Virus record (IMG/VR): IMGVR_UViG_3300041956_000050
Span: 1 to 64,000 of that record
DNA from: a virus
Strand: one strand, 5' to 3'
Length of the DNA stretch: 64,000 bases
The position numbers and the translations under genes are program-made. Shown piece by piece: positions 19,871 through 28,816 of this stretch. The first letter of the stretch is position 1. Each line of letters starts with the position of its first letter. The notes beneath the pieces were generated by a model, which was not told where the DNA came from, made no database searches, and saw nothing but the letters and a program-made list of their open reading frames with translations.

Positions 19871-20439
19871 AAGTTTGGGATGGCTCTCAGTGGGTGGCCG
19901 TCAGCCGGGTGCCTGGCCCGGTTGGGCCGGTTGGTGACGTTGCTACTGACACGTCTCCGGCAGGACCCGCAAGCGGGCATCTGCTAGAGCGCTACCCAAA
20001 CCCGAAGGTCAACCGCATCCTGGCCGGGACGTTGCTTGGCGCTCAACGTATCAATGGTCCTGCCAGCACGTCAACTGCTGTGGCCATTGCTGACAATGGC
20101 ACAATCCTATCGATGTCCTACACGCCACTAGTTGATTGCTGGTGGGTGGTCGAGTGCTGGCTTGGTTACTTGCAGAAGATGGATGCTGCCTACAACACGT
20201 GCTACATGAACCTCAACTTGTCCCCGGCTGATGCTGACGGTTGGACGGATCGATTCGCGATCAAGTCCCAGCATTCCGGCGTGCAGCAATTCGAGCACCG
20301 CACGATACGTCATGTCTTCAATCTTGTCGGTGGGACGACGTACACGGCGGCGATGAAGATTCAGATCAACGGAGGGACTTGGAACTACAACTCGCTGTGG
20401 AACTTCGAGCATATGACCGGGAAGGCGTGGGCGAAATGA
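19858..20439 (+). CDS. Fibre-tip/receptor-binding-like protein, paralog 2
   Basis: ATG 19858 gives MGGLKVWDGSQW; motifs YTPLVDCWWVVE and NLSPADADG. Confidence 0.7.
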   Translation: MGGLKVWDGSQWVAVSRVPGPVGPVGDVATDTSPAGPASGHLLERYPNPKVNRILAGTLLGAQRINGPASTSTAVAIADNGTILSMSYTPLVDCWWVVECWLGYLQKMDAAYNTCYMNLNLSPADADGWTDRFAIKSQHSGVQQFEHRTIRHVFNLVGGTTYTAAMKIQINGGTWNYNSLWNFEHMTGKAWAK

Positions 20440-21035
20440 CTGCGCCGAAAGTGTGGGACGGCACGCAGTGGATCACCGTCCGCGCGCTCGCTGGTCCGCA
20501 GGGGCCAAAGGGACCGCAAGGCGTCGGTGCCCCGCCGAACGGCGCGGCCGGTGGTGCGCTGGCCGGAACCTACCCGGACCCGACTGTCAAGCGCGAGAGT
20601 GCCGGTGGATTGATGGCGGTCCAGCGCAAGTGGGGCGCGAACGAGGCGTGGCGAGCGATCCTCACTGGCGCTGACATCTTTGTTGACGCTGCGGGGACTG
20701 ATCGTCTTCAGATCAGTTACACGCCAAGCGTGGACTGCTGGTGGGAAGTCGAAGCCAACTGCATGTACTGGAAGACTGATGCCGCCTATCACTATGGTTA
20801 CCTGTTTCTCAATCTCAGCCCAAACGATCAGGATGGGCTGTCTACGCGCGGTGCGATTGAGACGCAGCACAAGGACGTGCAGACGTTCGTCGCCCGCCAG
20901 GTGTCGCAGTGGTATCGGCTTGCTTCTGGTGTCGCGTATACTTGCAAGACAACAACTTCGTTCTCGGGTGGTACGTGGAGCGTCCACCAGGGTCACGACT
21001 ACATGTGGATGAGTGGTCGGGTGTTTGCTCAATGA
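20436..21035 (+). CDS. Fibre-tip/receptor-binding-like protein, paralog 3
   Basis: ATGA overlap; MTAPKVWDGTQW; motifs YTPSVDCWWEVE and NLSPNDQDG. Confidence 0.7.
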   Translation: MTAPKVWDGTQWITVRALAGPQGPKGPQGVGAPPNGAAGGALAGTYPDPTVKRESAGGLMAVQRKWGANEAWRAILTGADIFVDAAGTDRLQISYTPSVDCWWEVEANCMYWKTDAAYHYGYLFLNLSPNDQDGLSTRGAIETQHKDVQTFVARQVSQWYRLASGVAYTCKTTTSFSGGTWSVHQGHDYMWMSGRVFAQ

Positions 21036-21049
21036 GGAAGCAATGAGGC

Positions 21050-21346
21050 GTGTCAATACTGGCTGCCCTAGATATCGCAGCGATCCTTCCGCTGGCTATT
21101 GGCATTCTCGGCCTGGCTGGACTCGTGTTCACAGCGCTGCGGTTCCGGCGCGACGATACGACAGCAATCGTAACGCAGCAGAGCACAATCCTTGGCAACA
21201 TGAAGACGCTCAACGACGAGCTTCGTCTGTCAGCCGAGAACCTGCGTGTCGAGCGCGACAAGCTTGCAGAGGAGATCGTCGGCCTCAAGGGGCAGATCGA
21301 GGCTCTGCGTGTCGAACTGCGTGAGGCGATGGGGAAGTCTGCATGA
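21050..21346 (+). CDS. Membrane protein with N-terminal TM and coiled coil (possible lysis accessory)
   Basis: Hydrophobic N-terminus followed by heptad repeats. Confidence 0.65.
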   Translation: MSILAALDIAAILPLAIGILGLAGLVFTALRFRRDDTTAIVTQQSTILGNMKTLNDELRLSAENLRVERDKLAEEIVGLKGQIEALRVELREAMGKSA

Positions 21347-21705
21347 GCATCATCAACCCTCCCGATATCGAAATTACTGATGACAAAATTGCGGAGCAAA
21401 TCCGCGAGCACACCGACACGATCATCGCCTACTTGCGCAAGCGCTTCCTGCTGACGTGGCTGTTCATGGGAATGCTGGCAGTGATGACTGGATCAGCGCT
21501 GTATCTAGAGTCGCAGAGTAGCGACAAGATAGACGACAATGCACAGCGTCTGAACAATGCCATTGGCGCGGCGTGTGAGGTTGGTCTGGCGTCAGATGCG
21601 AATGAACCGAGGGTGCTCGACAGGCTTGCCGCTGGTGGCGATGAAGTCATTCACAAGGTTTGCTTGGAAATCGTTGAACGTGTCAAGGGTGATAACGGTG
21701 GCTGA
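21343..21705 (+). CDS. Single-TM membrane protein, paralog A
   Basis: YLRKRFLLTW, a TM segment and a two-Cys ectodomain. Confidence 0.65.
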   Translation: MSIINPPDIEITDDKIAEQIREHTDTIIAYLRKRFLLTWLFMGMLAVMTGSALYLESQSSDKIDDNAQRLNNAIGAACEVGLASDANEPRVLDRLAAGGDEVIHKVCLEIVERVKGDNGG

Positions 21706-22459
21706 TGAGAAAAAGACAGAGATTGATCTGATCTCTGATCAGTTGACGCAGCAGGCTTCGACCAATCTGCATTACTCGCGGTCGCGGTTCCTGGCTACGT
21801 GGTTCGCGCTTGCGCTGCTGGCGATCCTGACGGCGATTGCGCTGTTGCTCGGCTTGCGCGGATTCAACAACGACAATGCGCAGAACCGTACATTGGCTGT
21901 ACGAGCGTCTGATCGGGCAGACGTTGCCAACGATAAAGGCAACAACATTTACTACTTCCTGCGCGGTCAGCGCGGGCTGCCGGGAGTTCCCGGAGCGGAT
22001 GGCGAGGACGGCTCACCGGGACAGCCTGGCTCGAACCCGGCCCTGCTACCGCCAGGCCCAAAAGGCGATACTGGGCAAGCTGGCCCTGCCGGTCCCGCTG
22101 GGGCAACTGGATCTATCGGTCCTGTTGGCAGCAGCGGCCCTATGGGTCCGGTCGGTCAAGCTGGCAACACTGGAGAGAAAGGTGACACAGGAGCACAAGG
22201 AGAGGCTGGGCCTGCGGGCGCAGCAGGTGAAGATGGCGTTGATGGTGCCACCGGTGCTGACGGTCCTGCTGGTCCGCAGGGCAATATTGGTCCGCAAGGT
22301 CCGGAAGGCCCAAGAGGAGAGACTGGAGCGACTGGCGCTCAGGGACCGCCCGGTCCAGCAGGGCCGTCGTGTCCGGCAGGGACCGCCCTGTCAACCATTG
22401 ACGTACACATGCGGAATCCTGAGGGCACGGCGACCATCGTCGTGTGCGTAATGCCGTGA
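21698..22459 (+). CDS. Membrane-anchored collagen-like protein, paralog B
   Basis: GTG 21698; [10 protein letters not shown], a TM segment, long Gly-X-Y tract and SCPAG...VVC end. Confidence 0.75.
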   Translation: MADEKKTEIDLISDQLTQQASTNLHYSRSRFLATWFALALLAILTAIALLLGLRGFNNDNAQNRTLAVRASDRADVANDKGNNIYYFLRGQRGLPGVPGADGEDGSPGQPGSNPALLPPGPKGDTGQAGPAGPAGATGSIGPVGSSGPMGPVGQAGNTGEKGDTGAQGEAGPAGAAGEDGVDGATGADGPAGPQGNIGPQGPEGPRGETGATGAQGPPGPAGPSCPAGTALSTIDVHMRNPEGTATIVVCVMP

Positions 22460-22794
22460 GTAATGACCCTCTTCAGGCCACGTTGATGACTGTGCTGGAA
22501 TATTCGCGCAAGCGATTCCTGTGGACGTGGCTTGTGATTGCCCTGCTGGCGACGGGGGTCGGGCTGGAGTTCGCTCGCGCTCAGAATCAGCGAGACATCA
22601 ATACTAAGCACAACCAGCAATTGTCAACGGTGGCTGGCGTGTTGTGTGAAGCGATGCTCGCGCCTGATAGCGATGAGCGCGAGATCCTCATCACTCTTGC
22701 CGAGTCAGGCTCGTTCTCGGAGCAGAACCCGTCCGGCGACATCTCCGAACCCCTCTGTGTCAAGATTGTCAACAGGCTTTCCGATGATCACTAA
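22456..22794 (+). CDS. Single-TM membrane protein, paralog C
   Basis: GTGA overlap; YSRKRFLWTW, a TM segment and a two-Cys ectodomain. Confidence 0.65.
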   Translation: MSNDPLQATLMTVLEYSRKRFLWTWLVIALLATGVGLEFARAQNQRDINTKHNQQLSTVAGVLCEAMLAPDSDEREILITLAESGSFSEQNPSGDISEPLCVKIVNRLSDDH

Positions 22795-22804
22795 AGTGTC
22801 AAAA

Positions 22805-22891
22805 GCCTGGGACGCCACCTCCCAGGCGTGCGCCCGTAAGAGCGCTCCGGCAAGGGATCGCCACCTTACCGTTGCAGCGCTCCGGGCGCAC
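22805..22891. other. Tandem stem-loop element with repeated CGCCACC motif
   Basis: GCCTGGGA-CGCCACC-TCCCAGGC, then a long interrupted hairpin: GTGCGCCCG/CGGGCGCAC, GAGCGCT/AGCGCTC, CGGCAAGG/CCTTACCG. Confidence 0.6.
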
Positions 22892-22959
22892 GATATGCTT
22901 ACCGTTTCTGATGCCTGGAAATCGAGAAGGGATGAACCCACAATGCGTCACCAATCCTG

Positions 22960-23184
22960 ATGGAACTCCACCCATCACCCCAAGCACGACAGGTCTACAA
23001 CATGATGGTCACTCGTGCTGACAACAACGACGGCGAACTACACTTGACACTGGCCAACTCGATAGCGCTGAGTTGCACGCTCCAGCGCAGAGGCGAGGAC
23101 GGCCAGGCGATGTCGGCGGTGACCGAGCTACAGGAAGCCAACTGGATCGCCCCGGTGGCGGACGGCGGCTGGCGATTGGGCTAG
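22960..23184 (+). CDS. Small hypothetical protein (possible winged helix)
   Basis: 74-aa ORF ending AVTELQEANWI...GGWRL. Confidence 0.5.
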   Translation: MELHPSPQARQVYNMMVTRADNNDGELHLTLANSIALSCTLQRRGEDGQAMSAVTELQEANWIAPVADGGWRLG

Positions 23185-23221
23185 CTTGCTGGGATCATAC
23201 TGGGCTGGTATCTTGTTCGGA

Positions 23222-23650
23222 GTGCCGCACGTCGTCCACACGATCCCGGTCAACGACCTGATCGAACACCTCACCAACGGTGAGGACTGCCCCTGCGGGC
23301 CGACGGTGAAGCCGCTCCAGCGTGAAGATGGCTCGATTGGCTACCAGTACCTGCATCACTCGCTCGACGGTCGCGAGTTCCGCGAGCACGAGTTGTCGAT
23401 CACGTGCCCGGTCTGCAAGATGACGAGCTACCACCCGAAGGACGTTGAGCACGGATACTGCGGCAACTGTCATGCGTTCACAAGAGGAGAGGTAAATGTC
23501 ATGACGGTTGATGAGACTCCAAGCGTCATGGAGCAGATCGCGACCAACAACTGGGAATGGTTGCCGTGGCCTGCCAAGGTTGTTGTCGTTGTGGTTCTGT
23601 TCCTGCTGGTAGTCGGCCTGTTGTGGTTGCTGATCTTCGGGGAAGTCTGA
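23222..23650 (+). CDS. Hypothetical protein with two Cys/His metal-binding modules and a C-terminal TM
   Basis: Leaderless GTG 7 nt after TGGTATCTT; motifs DCPCGP...HHSLDGRE and CPVC...YCGNC. Confidence 0.6.
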   Translation: MPHVVHTIPVNDLIEHLTNGEDCPCGPTVKPLQREDGSIGYQYLHHSLDGREFREHELSITCPVCKMTSYHPKDVEHGYCGNCHAFTRGEVNVMTVDETPSVMEQIATNNWEWLPWPAKVVVVVVLFLLVVGLLWLLIFGEV

Positions 23651-23874
23651 TGGTCTACACGCACTGGTCTGAGAAGCCGAAGCGCAAGCCACCGCGCTAC
23701 TACAAGCTGCGCACGGTGGCATCACTGCTGCCAGACAGGTGGCTGCGCTGGATCGGCCGCAGGTGGAAGCTCGACTACGACCCCTCGGATGGGTGGACGT
23801 TCTGGCTGGACGCCAGCTACGTGAAGTACTGCCGCGTGGAGGAACGGCGTGCGAAGCGTTCCCGTTATTGTTGA
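23650..23874 (+). CDS. Small Trp-rich hypothetical protein
   Basis: TGATG coupling at 23648-23652. Confidence 0.45.
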   Translation: MVYTHWSEKPKRKPPRYYKLRTVASLLPDRWLRWIGRRWKLDYDPSDGWTFWLDASYVKYCRVEERRAKRSRYC

Positions 23875-25360
23875 CAACAAGCTGCGGCTCGACGGCAACC
23901 TCGTCGGTCACGATCTCGCCAACGAGATCTTCGATGAGCTTACGATTCATAACCACGCTCGTGATATCGCTGAGCGCATGGATCGCTGGGGCTGGCAGGA
24001 TCTGCCGGAGGACTTTCTGCTCGGAGAACTTGATGGCGACACTGTTGTCATGCCTCGGGGCTACGCCTACCAGTTGAAGACGCTGCTGCGCGAGAACGGC
24101 CTGCGTGTGCAGTGGGTGGACCGGCGTCAGTGGCAGGCGGGAGCTTGGTTCGGCAACAACGGGTTGAAGCTCAAGGAACACCAGTGGCGTGCGGTGTATG
24201 AGATGGCCAAGCACCAGCAGGGCATGTACGAGGCTCCCACTGGTTCTGGCAAGACTATTTCCTGCATCGGCTTCATCCATCATCGTCGCCCGAAGTGGAC
24301 GCTGATCCTCGTTGACAAGCTCGATCTGTTGCACCAGTGGCGCAAGGCGCTCGCGAAGTGGCTGGGGCTGGAACTTGACGACATCGGCATCATCGGTGAT
24401 GGCAAGTGGGAACTGGGGCGGCGGATCACTGTCGCCACTGTTCAGACGCTGACGAAGATCCTGCGCGAAGGAGAGATGCCTGACGCCTTCTTCGAGGTGT
24501 GGGACGCCGTGATCCTCGATGAGTGCCATCACGTGACCGCAGAGACGATCAGGGTGCTTCTCAGCCGCTTCTACGCCAAGTACCGGCTCGGGGTGTCAGC
24601 GACGACGGATCGCCAGGACGACAAGTTCGAGTTCGCACTCAATGTGCTGGGCGAGGTGTTCCATCAGGACAACGAGGAGGAGCTACGCGAGGCAGGAGTG
24701 TTGATGCGGCCTCGGGTGCAGGTGGTGCGCACCGAGTTCGACATGGCGTACTGGCCGGATCATGAGTCCGACGAGGACGACAAGTGTCTTGTTCCAGGCT
24801 GCAAGCTCTCTGGCCAGCGTCCGCATCGGCACCGCAACAACTACCAGAACGTCAAGAGCGCTCTGGTCGAGGACAGCGAGCGCAATCAGCTTGTCTGTGA
24901 CATCGTGATCGATCAGGTCAGGACCGGCGATCACCATCACTTGATCGTCTCCAACGAGATCCGGCAATTGGATGCGCTCTACACGATCCTCCTGAGCACC
25001 CTGAGCCACGCAGAGGGGCTTCCAGCCGTCTACGTGATGACCGGCAAGGTCAGGGGCCAGAAGCGCGCTCAGATCAAGGCAGAGATCGAGGCGGCGTCGA
25101 GCGCGATTATCTTCGCCACGGTGGCCAAGGAGGGACTGGATATCCCTCCTGTTGACAGGATCTACCTGCCGTTCCCGGAGAACAACGCCAAGGCGACTCA
25201 GCAGAAGATCGGCCGGGGTACGCGGATCTCCGAGGGGAAGACTGACACTATTGTTTTCGACTTCTTTGATGTGCTGATCAGTGTGTTCCGCAAGCAGTTC
25301 AGGAACCGTCGCTATAAGTGCTATGACGCACTCGGCCTCGACGTGGATCTCGGCGTATGA
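23849..25360 (+). CDS. Superfamily 2 helicase (DEAD/DEAH-like)
   Basis: Motifs APTGSGKT, DECH, SAT, EGLDIP and QKIGRGTR. Confidence 0.92.
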   Translation: MRSVPVIVDNKLRLDGNLVGHDLANEIFDELTIHNHARDIAERMDRWGWQDLPEDFLLGELDGDTVVMPRGYAYQLKTLLRENGLRVQWVDRRQWQAGAWFGNNGLKLKEHQWRAVYEMAKHQQGMYEAPTGSGKTISCIGFIHHRRPKWTLILVDKLDLLHQWRKALAKWLGLELDDIGIIGDGKWELGRRITVATVQTLTKILREGEMPDAFFEVWDAVILDECHHVTAETIRVLLSRFYAKYRLGVSATTDRQDDKFEFALNVLGEVFHQDNEEELREAGVLMRPRVQVVRTEFDMAYWPDHESDEDDKCLVPGCKLSGQRPHRHRNNYQNVKSALVEDSERNQLVCDIVIDQVRTGDHHHLIVSNEIRQLDALYTILLSTLSHAEGLPAVYVMTGKVRGQKRAQIKAEIEAASSAIIFATVAKEGLDIPPVDRIYLPFPENNAKATQQKIGRGTRISEGKTDTIVFDFFDVLISVFRKQFRNRRYKCYDALGLDVDLGV

Positions 25361-25404
25361 CTGCGCTGGGCGGCTTATTAGCCGGTCGTCGCCCCAGCAC
25401 TGTC
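25358..25404. terminator. Probable bidirectional terminator between convergent genes
   Basis: GCTGGG...CCCAGC encloses CGGCT-TATT-AGCCG. Confidence 0.4.
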
Positions 25405-25473
25405 ATGTATACTCCAAATGGGCGCGCGTTGAGAGAGGTTTCCGTGACTGGTTGCTCGCTCGGCGCGTGCCCT

Positions 25474-25932
25474 CTAGGCGACCGCCATCTCCTCTTTGGC
25501 GGTGATGTGCTCGATGTCTTCGACCAGGCGACTGATCATCGTCTCTGTCCGTCGAGCCAGCTTGCCTTCGATGGAGTTGCCGTGAGTGACGCGACTTCCG
25601 GTGCTTGCGATCATCAACACAGTTTGCAACTGCGTCTGAATCGTGCGCTGCCGTCTCAGCACCCACTCAGCGATCAAGCCAGGGTCGCTAGTGATGGTGT
25701 ATGCCCACTGGCTGTTGGCGGCTGGCAGGCAGACGAGTGCTCCATCCGAATCCGAGATCTCGTTGCGGTGGTACTGCACGGCGCGGTGTGCGTATCCGAC
25801 AGGAATGACGACACCGTAGAGGCGAGAGAGCTTCTTCTGGATGTAGCCGATTGTCACCCACTCTCCCCACAAGAACGCTTCGAGAGCTTCGGCAAGCTCC
25901 TCGATCTCTGGATACTTCCGTGGTGGTGCCAA
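25474..25932 (-). CDS. Hypothetical protein, second gene of the inverted cassette
   Basis: SD GAAGGAGG on the minus strand before the TTG start. Confidence 0.7.
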   Translation of the reverse strand: MAPPRKYPEIEELAEALEAFLWGEWVTIGYIQKKLSRLYGVVIPVGYAHRAVQYHRNEISDSDGALVCLPAANSQWAYTITSDPGLIAEWVLRRQRTIQTQLQTVLMIASTGSRVTHGNSIEGKLARRTETMISRLVEDIEHITAKEEMAVA

Positions 25933-25965
25933 AGCACCGCCTCCTTCGGTTGTGACTGGTTGGGG

Positions 25966-26628
25966 TTACTGCTCTGTGTCGGTCAGGTTGGCGAGTTCGC
26001 TGTCCCAATCGATGTCTGTTTCGCCAACAATGGCGATACTTATGAGTTCAAGAGTGTTGCGGATATTGGCAATTTGCCCCATCAGAGCTTCGACGTGTTC
26101 TTCGTCGTCAATCGTGTCGTGACGGGTGAGCAAGAGCGCGTTGCGCAACCGGTTCCTCGCCTGGATCAACTCGAACTCAAGATCGTTGTAAACACCGTTT
26201 CTGATTCTTCGCTTCTCCTTGGGTCGATGGGATCTGGTGCGCCTGTTGACGCGCGCTGTACGAGCGTCTTCCTCGATGCCCTCCAAGTCATCGTCGCCAA
26301 GCTCATCGAGAGTCGTGCGACGTTGTTCGGGGTGGCGCAGGATGTTCTTGGCGTGGCTGCGCGCAGAGCGAGTTCCTGCCTGCTCGTCCATCGTAAACGG
26401 TGTTTGCGCCTCGTAGTCGGACTTACGCCACTTGAGGAGCTTGCTCACTGTCGTCGGCGTAACTTGCAAGTTACGAGCCACCTTCGCTTGCGAGTCATTC
26501 GTCTCTTCGATGTGAGCAGCGATCTCCTCGGCGGCATGGCGGTACGCTTCTCGCTTGGCGTTTGCACTTTCAGCGATGATGAGGTATTCGCGCGCACGCT
26601 TGAGGCGCATGCTCTCTCCGTTGTCCAT
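25966..26628 (-). CDS. HTH-containing protein, first gene of the inverted cassette
   Basis: HTH SQAKVARNLQVTPTTVSKLL; leaderless ATG 6 nt after TGGTAGGAT. Confidence 0.75.
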   Translation of the reverse strand: MDNGESMRLKRAREYLIIAESANAKREAYRHAAEEIAAHIEETNDSQAKVARNLQVTPTTVSKLLKWRKSDYEAQTPFTMDEQAGTRSARSHAKNILRHPEQRRTTLDELGDDDLEGIEEDARTARVNRRTRSHRPKEKRRIRNGVYNDLEFELIQARNRLRNALLLTRHDTIDDEEHVEALMGQIANIRNTLELISIAIVGETDIDWDSELANLTDTEQ

Positions 26629-26668
26629 AGGATGATCCTACCATGAATCGGCAATTCGACTACGGAGG

Positions 26669-26998
26669 TTGACCTTGGAGTCTGAACAGGACATGCTGTT
26701 GACAAAGCCTGAGCAGGATGTGATCCAGGCGATGCGCGGTGGTGCGAAGCTCAAGCGCTTGCGCGATGACCTGTGCGACATCGAAGCCACGCTCAAAATG
26801 TACGACGTGCCGATCATCAGTCCGCTGTCGGACGCCGTGCTGATGGTGTGCGAGCGCAATGAGCGGCTGGAGGATCTGCTGCAACAGTGTTACAAGGTCG
26901 TCGGTAACGATGACCTGGCGAAGAGAATCGAGGAGGTGCTGAGCGATGATATGTCCGAAGTGCGGGCTGCCAATGGAACCGAACGACGAGCACGGTGA
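26669..26998 (+). CDS. Hypothetical protein
   Basis: Helical ORF; start may be ATG 26693. Confidence 0.55.
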   Translation: MTLESEQDMLLTKPEQDVIQAMRGGAKLKRLRDDLCDIEATLKMYDVPIISPLSDAVLMVCERNERLEDLLQQCYKVVGNDDLAKRIEEVLSDDMSEVRAANGTERRAR

Positions 26999-27120
26999 GC
27001 CGCAACTGTTCTGCAACCCGCTGCGCTCTCCGGACTGCTGGAAGGTTGTTGGCAGGGCGACGGCTCCGCATCCCCTGACCGGCGCTCAGCACATGCTCAC
27101 GGTGATCGAGGGAGGCAAGG

Positions 27121-27585
27121 GTGCCGACGAAGCCTGATCGCGAGTACCCCGATCTCGGCCATCAGGACCGCAAGCTTGACAGCATTATTGTCGGATTCAC
27201 TGGAACCCGCGAGGGGATGACGGAGTTCCAGAAGAACGCGATCCGGCAGATGTTCCGCGACGTGCGCGTCATCATGGGTCACCACGGCGACTGCATCGGT
27301 GGCGATGAGGAGTTCCACTACATCTGCCACGACTTCGACGTGCCGGTGCATCTGCATCCGCCAGACGATCCACGGCTGCGCGCGTTCTGCCCCGACGCCT
27401 ACATCGAAGATCCCCCACGCCCATTCCTCATCCGCAACCGGATTATCGTCAACAGTGTCAACTTGCTGGTCGCCTGCCCCAAGGAGGACTTCGAGCCGAT
27501 GGCGGCTCGGGGTCAGGGCACATGGTCAACCGTCCGCTATGCGCGCCAGGTACGGCGGTTGCTGCGGATCGTGTGGCCGGAGTGA
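27121..27585 (+). CDS. SLOG/DprA-like Rossmann-fold nucleotide-binding protein
   Basis: Motifs VGFTGTREG, HHGDCIGGD, RNRIIV and GTWSTVRYA. Confidence 0.75.
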   Translation: MPTKPDREYPDLGHQDRKLDSIIVGFTGTREGMTEFQKNAIRQMFRDVRVIMGHHGDCIGGDEEFHYICHDFDVPVHLHPPDDPRLRAFCPDAYIEDPPRPFLIRNRIIVNSVNLLVACPKEDFEPMAARGQGTWSTVRYARQVRRLLRIVWPE

Positions 27586-28070
27586 ACACGGCGGTGGTGC
27601 ATATCGACGGCGGGTGCCGCCCGATCAACCCTGGCCACGCTGGTATCGGTGTTGTCATCTTGCTTGGCGGGGAGGAGTTCATCCTCTCGCGCTACCTCGG
27701 CTGGCCGCGCTCCAACAACTTCGCTGAGTTCACCGCGCTGATCGTCGCCATCAAGTATGCGCGTCACCTCGGAGCCGAAGCGCTTGAAGTAGTCAGTGAC
27801 TCGAAGCTTGTTGTGGAGCAGGTGCATGGTCGTTGGCGTCTGCGTTCCGCCGAGTTGAAGCCCCTTGTCATGGAGGCTCGTGATCTTCTGTTCCGGCATT
27901 TTCCTCATCGCTGGGAGTTGAACTGGTCAGCCAGGGCAAACAACGTCAAGGCTGATTACTACTGTGGGCTTGCCATCGAAGCCGGTCGTAACCGCAATCC
28001 TTGGCATCGTCCTCAGAAAGAAGGAAAGATACTTGATCCTTTCTCTCTCAGCACTACGGTCAGTACCTGA
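27582..28070 (+). CDS. rnhA: Ribonuclease HI
   Basis: Motifs IDGGCR..NPG.AGIG, SNNFAEF, SDSKLVVEQV and NVKAD. Confidence 0.9.
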   Translation: MNTAVVHIDGGCRPINPGHAGIGVVILLGGEEFILSRYLGWPRSNNFAEFTALIVAIKYARHLGAEALEVVSDSKLVVEQVHGRWRLRSAELKPLVMEARDLLFRHFPHRWELNWSARANNVKADYYCGLAIEAGRNRNPWHRPQKEGKILDPFSLSTTVST

Positions 28071-28201
28071 CTAACGCTTACCGTATCTTCCCCTGGCCTA
28101 AACACAAAAACTGAAAACCGACATCCCCGCCACTACCGCCCCTCAGCCTACTGGCCTTGTCAAAATCCCTGCACCTTCCGACCTCTGGTATGATCTCACC
28201 C

Positions 28202-28804
28202 ATGGCACCAAGGATAAGAGTTCGCAGACCACCGACACGCGAGTCCGGACGTGTCTACATTGATGAGCTTGCAAAGATCGTTGACCGGCAGATGGGAACG
28301 ATCCGCAAGTGGGAGCGCACGGTGCTCCCAAAGCGCCTATATAGCAAGCGTGGCTACAGAGGCTGGCGCTACTGGACCGACGCGCAGGTGTGGGGTGACA
28401 GAGGGATCATCGCCTGGATGAACGAGAATGACATGCGTCCTGGCAACTTGGTCAGTCATCCTTCCAAGGAGGCGCAGCACGTCAGGAATCTGCGAAAGCC
28501 CAAGTATCTTGACGGCTACCACATCCGCTCGGCTCGGACCTTCGCTGAGCAAGGACGATCACGTGACGAGATCATCAGAATCCTGTACCCTCGCACGCGC
28601 TATGCTCGGCCGGAGAACCTAGAAGCCGCGCTGGTCAAGCTGTTCAAGCAGGAAGGGTGGTACTTCCCGCCCTCGCTCGGCAAGATCCAGATCCTGCCTG
28701 ATAGGGTCGAGCGAAACCTCAAGAAGATGGAACGGGTGGTCAACAAGTTCGAGCTTCGCCAGGAAGCTCGGGAACGTACTCGCAACATGCGACAGTCAGC
28801 ATAG
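28202..28804 (+). CDS. MerR-like HTH DNA-binding protein
   Basis: YIDELAKIVDRQMGTIRKWER...RGWRYW; leaderless start after TGGTATGAT. Confidence 0.75.
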   Translation: MAPRIRVRRPPTRESGRVYIDELAKIVDRQMGTIRKWERTVLPKRLYSKRGYRGWRYWTDAQVWGDRGIIAWMNENDMRPGNLVSHPSKEAQHVRNLRKPKYLDGYHIRSARTFAEQGRSRDEIIRILYPRTRYARPENLEAALVKLFKQEGWYFPPSLGKIQILPDRVERNLKKMERVVNKFELRQEARERTRNMRQSA

Positions 28805-28816
28805 GAGACACAAGGG

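Noticed and set aside
19265-21035. Diversity-generating retroelement or invertible cassette as the source of the three paralogs
   Set aside because: I saw no reverse transcriptase, no near-identical TR/VR pair, no invertase and no flanking inverted repeats in this window.
25357-26646. 429-aa plus-strand ORF starting at an ATGA overlap with the helicase stop
   Set aside because: It is the in-register antisense shadow of two same-frame minus-strand genes that have a promoter, SD and HTH. Such shadows are common at high GC, and it has no recognisable motif.
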